Source: Vicugna vicugna | Taxonomy: Eukaryota | Direction: 5' to 3' | Assembly (NCBI GenBank): GCA_013265495.1 | Contig: MU057651.1 | Location: 879,674 to 943,673 of the forward strand | Length of the DNA: 64,000 nt | Shown: one piece after another, positions 63,156-64,000 of the stretch | Layout: the number at the start of each line of letters is the position of its first letter | Position numbering within the stretch: position 1 is the stretch's first letter | Notes under the pieces: generated by a model | What the model saw: the letters and a program-made list of their open reading frames with translations, nothing else | The model's database searches: none | What the model was told of the DNA's origin: nothing | Made by a program: the position numbers and the translations under genes

Positions 63156-63277
63156 GATTATGCCATTCAATTTCTAGAAGTTATTTATATTATAGCAATA
63201 AGCTATTGGAAAATAGGTATCTTAGTTTGGGGAAGGCCATTAGGGTAGCAGGCCATTTTAGAACAAGACCCCCAAAT

Positions 63278-63440
63278 TAATGTTATTCAAACTTTAGTGT
63301 GCTTAAGGGGATTTGATAAAATGCAGACTCTCAGGCCCTACACTAAAAATTCAGATACAGTTGGCTGCAGTGGGTATTCTGCATTTTAAACAAGCACCTC
63401 AATTAATTCCGATGCAGCTGGACTGGGGAGTGCACTATGG
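63278..63440. mobile_element. MER5-like element
   Basis: tcaaactttagtgtgc...aaaatgcagactctcaggccc...tctgcattttaaacaagcacctc. Confidence 0.65.
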
Positions 63441-64000
63441 TAATAGGGCCCGGGGGAGATCTTGATAAAGGAGGCCGAGAGCACTGCCTGCAGAGAGCAG
63501 TCCAGGCCAAGATCTTGGCGTAGGGAGCCCTGTGCATTTGCAGAGAGCCGGGGGCAACTTAACAACATTGTTTCTCTGATAATGGGGAGCATAGGCACCC
63601 CGGAAACTTACTTTGCCTGCGTGACACTTCTCCAGGACCAACCCTGCAATAACATGGACTCACTGTTCCCTCTGGCTGGCCTCCCTGCTTTCCCAGCACT
63701 CCCACCCAAAGCCTTTGTCTTCTGCCATCTTCCACAGTCAGAGCCCCTGGCTGTCATGTCCAGAAAGAAAGACCCTCCGTGGGGAGCTCACCCCTCTACC
63801 CCACCCATTGTCCATGACTTGTTGTTGGCGAGAAATGAATGGCATTTCTCGGAATTAGCCCAGGAATTTCTGCTGATAAACAAATGAAACTCTCAAAGGG
63901 AAAAGCAATCAACATAGTTTGAAATAAAATCAGTGTTTTCAGCTTAGTCTGTTTTCAACTTAATTTGAAATAAGAGTCACATCCAGGGTATTTTAAGGGA

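Noticed and set aside
63462..63887. 141-aa + strand ORF
   Set aside because: TTG start, no domain similarity, no convincing splice sites; intronic background
53900..64000. Searched for the next CHRDL1 exon (DSLPPVNNKVTSKSCEYNG-like)
   Set aside because: Not found; intron 4 runs past the window end
1..64000. CRISPR arrays, operons, or rRNA/tRNA genes
   Set aside because: Eukaryotic intron and repeat DNA; no repeat-spacer array, and the only tRNA-like sequences are SINE heads

Overview
Mammalian genomic DNA, most likely from a camelid (inferred from a vic-1-like tRNA-derived SINE and cetartiodactyl-type L1 3' UTRs). It carries the 5' part of CHRDL1 (chordin-like 1, X-linked in other eutherians) on the + strand: a CpG-island promoter and non-coding exon 1 (~28.2-28.3 kb), then three coding exons (31960-32056, 51090-51202, 53806-53899) encoding the signal peptide and first VWC/cysteine-rich domain. 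The gene continues past the window. The rest is mostly ancient and lineage-specific repeats (L1, HAL1, L2, L3, MIR, MaLR, hAT/Tigger), and nearly all ORFs in the supplied track are spurious or L1/L2 remnants. The main unexplained structure is a retroposed H/ACA snoRNA (SNORA2B-like, boxes intact) in intron 4, with a ~370-nt 3' trailer, two tiers of poly(A) signal plus A-tail, and a 16-bp TSD. Also notable: a U4 snRNA fragment in an L1 tail, a 44-nt micro-retrocopy of an mRNA 3' end, and a 142-bp locally templated duplication. All family names come from recalled consensus sequences; no database search was run, and repeat boundaries are approximate.
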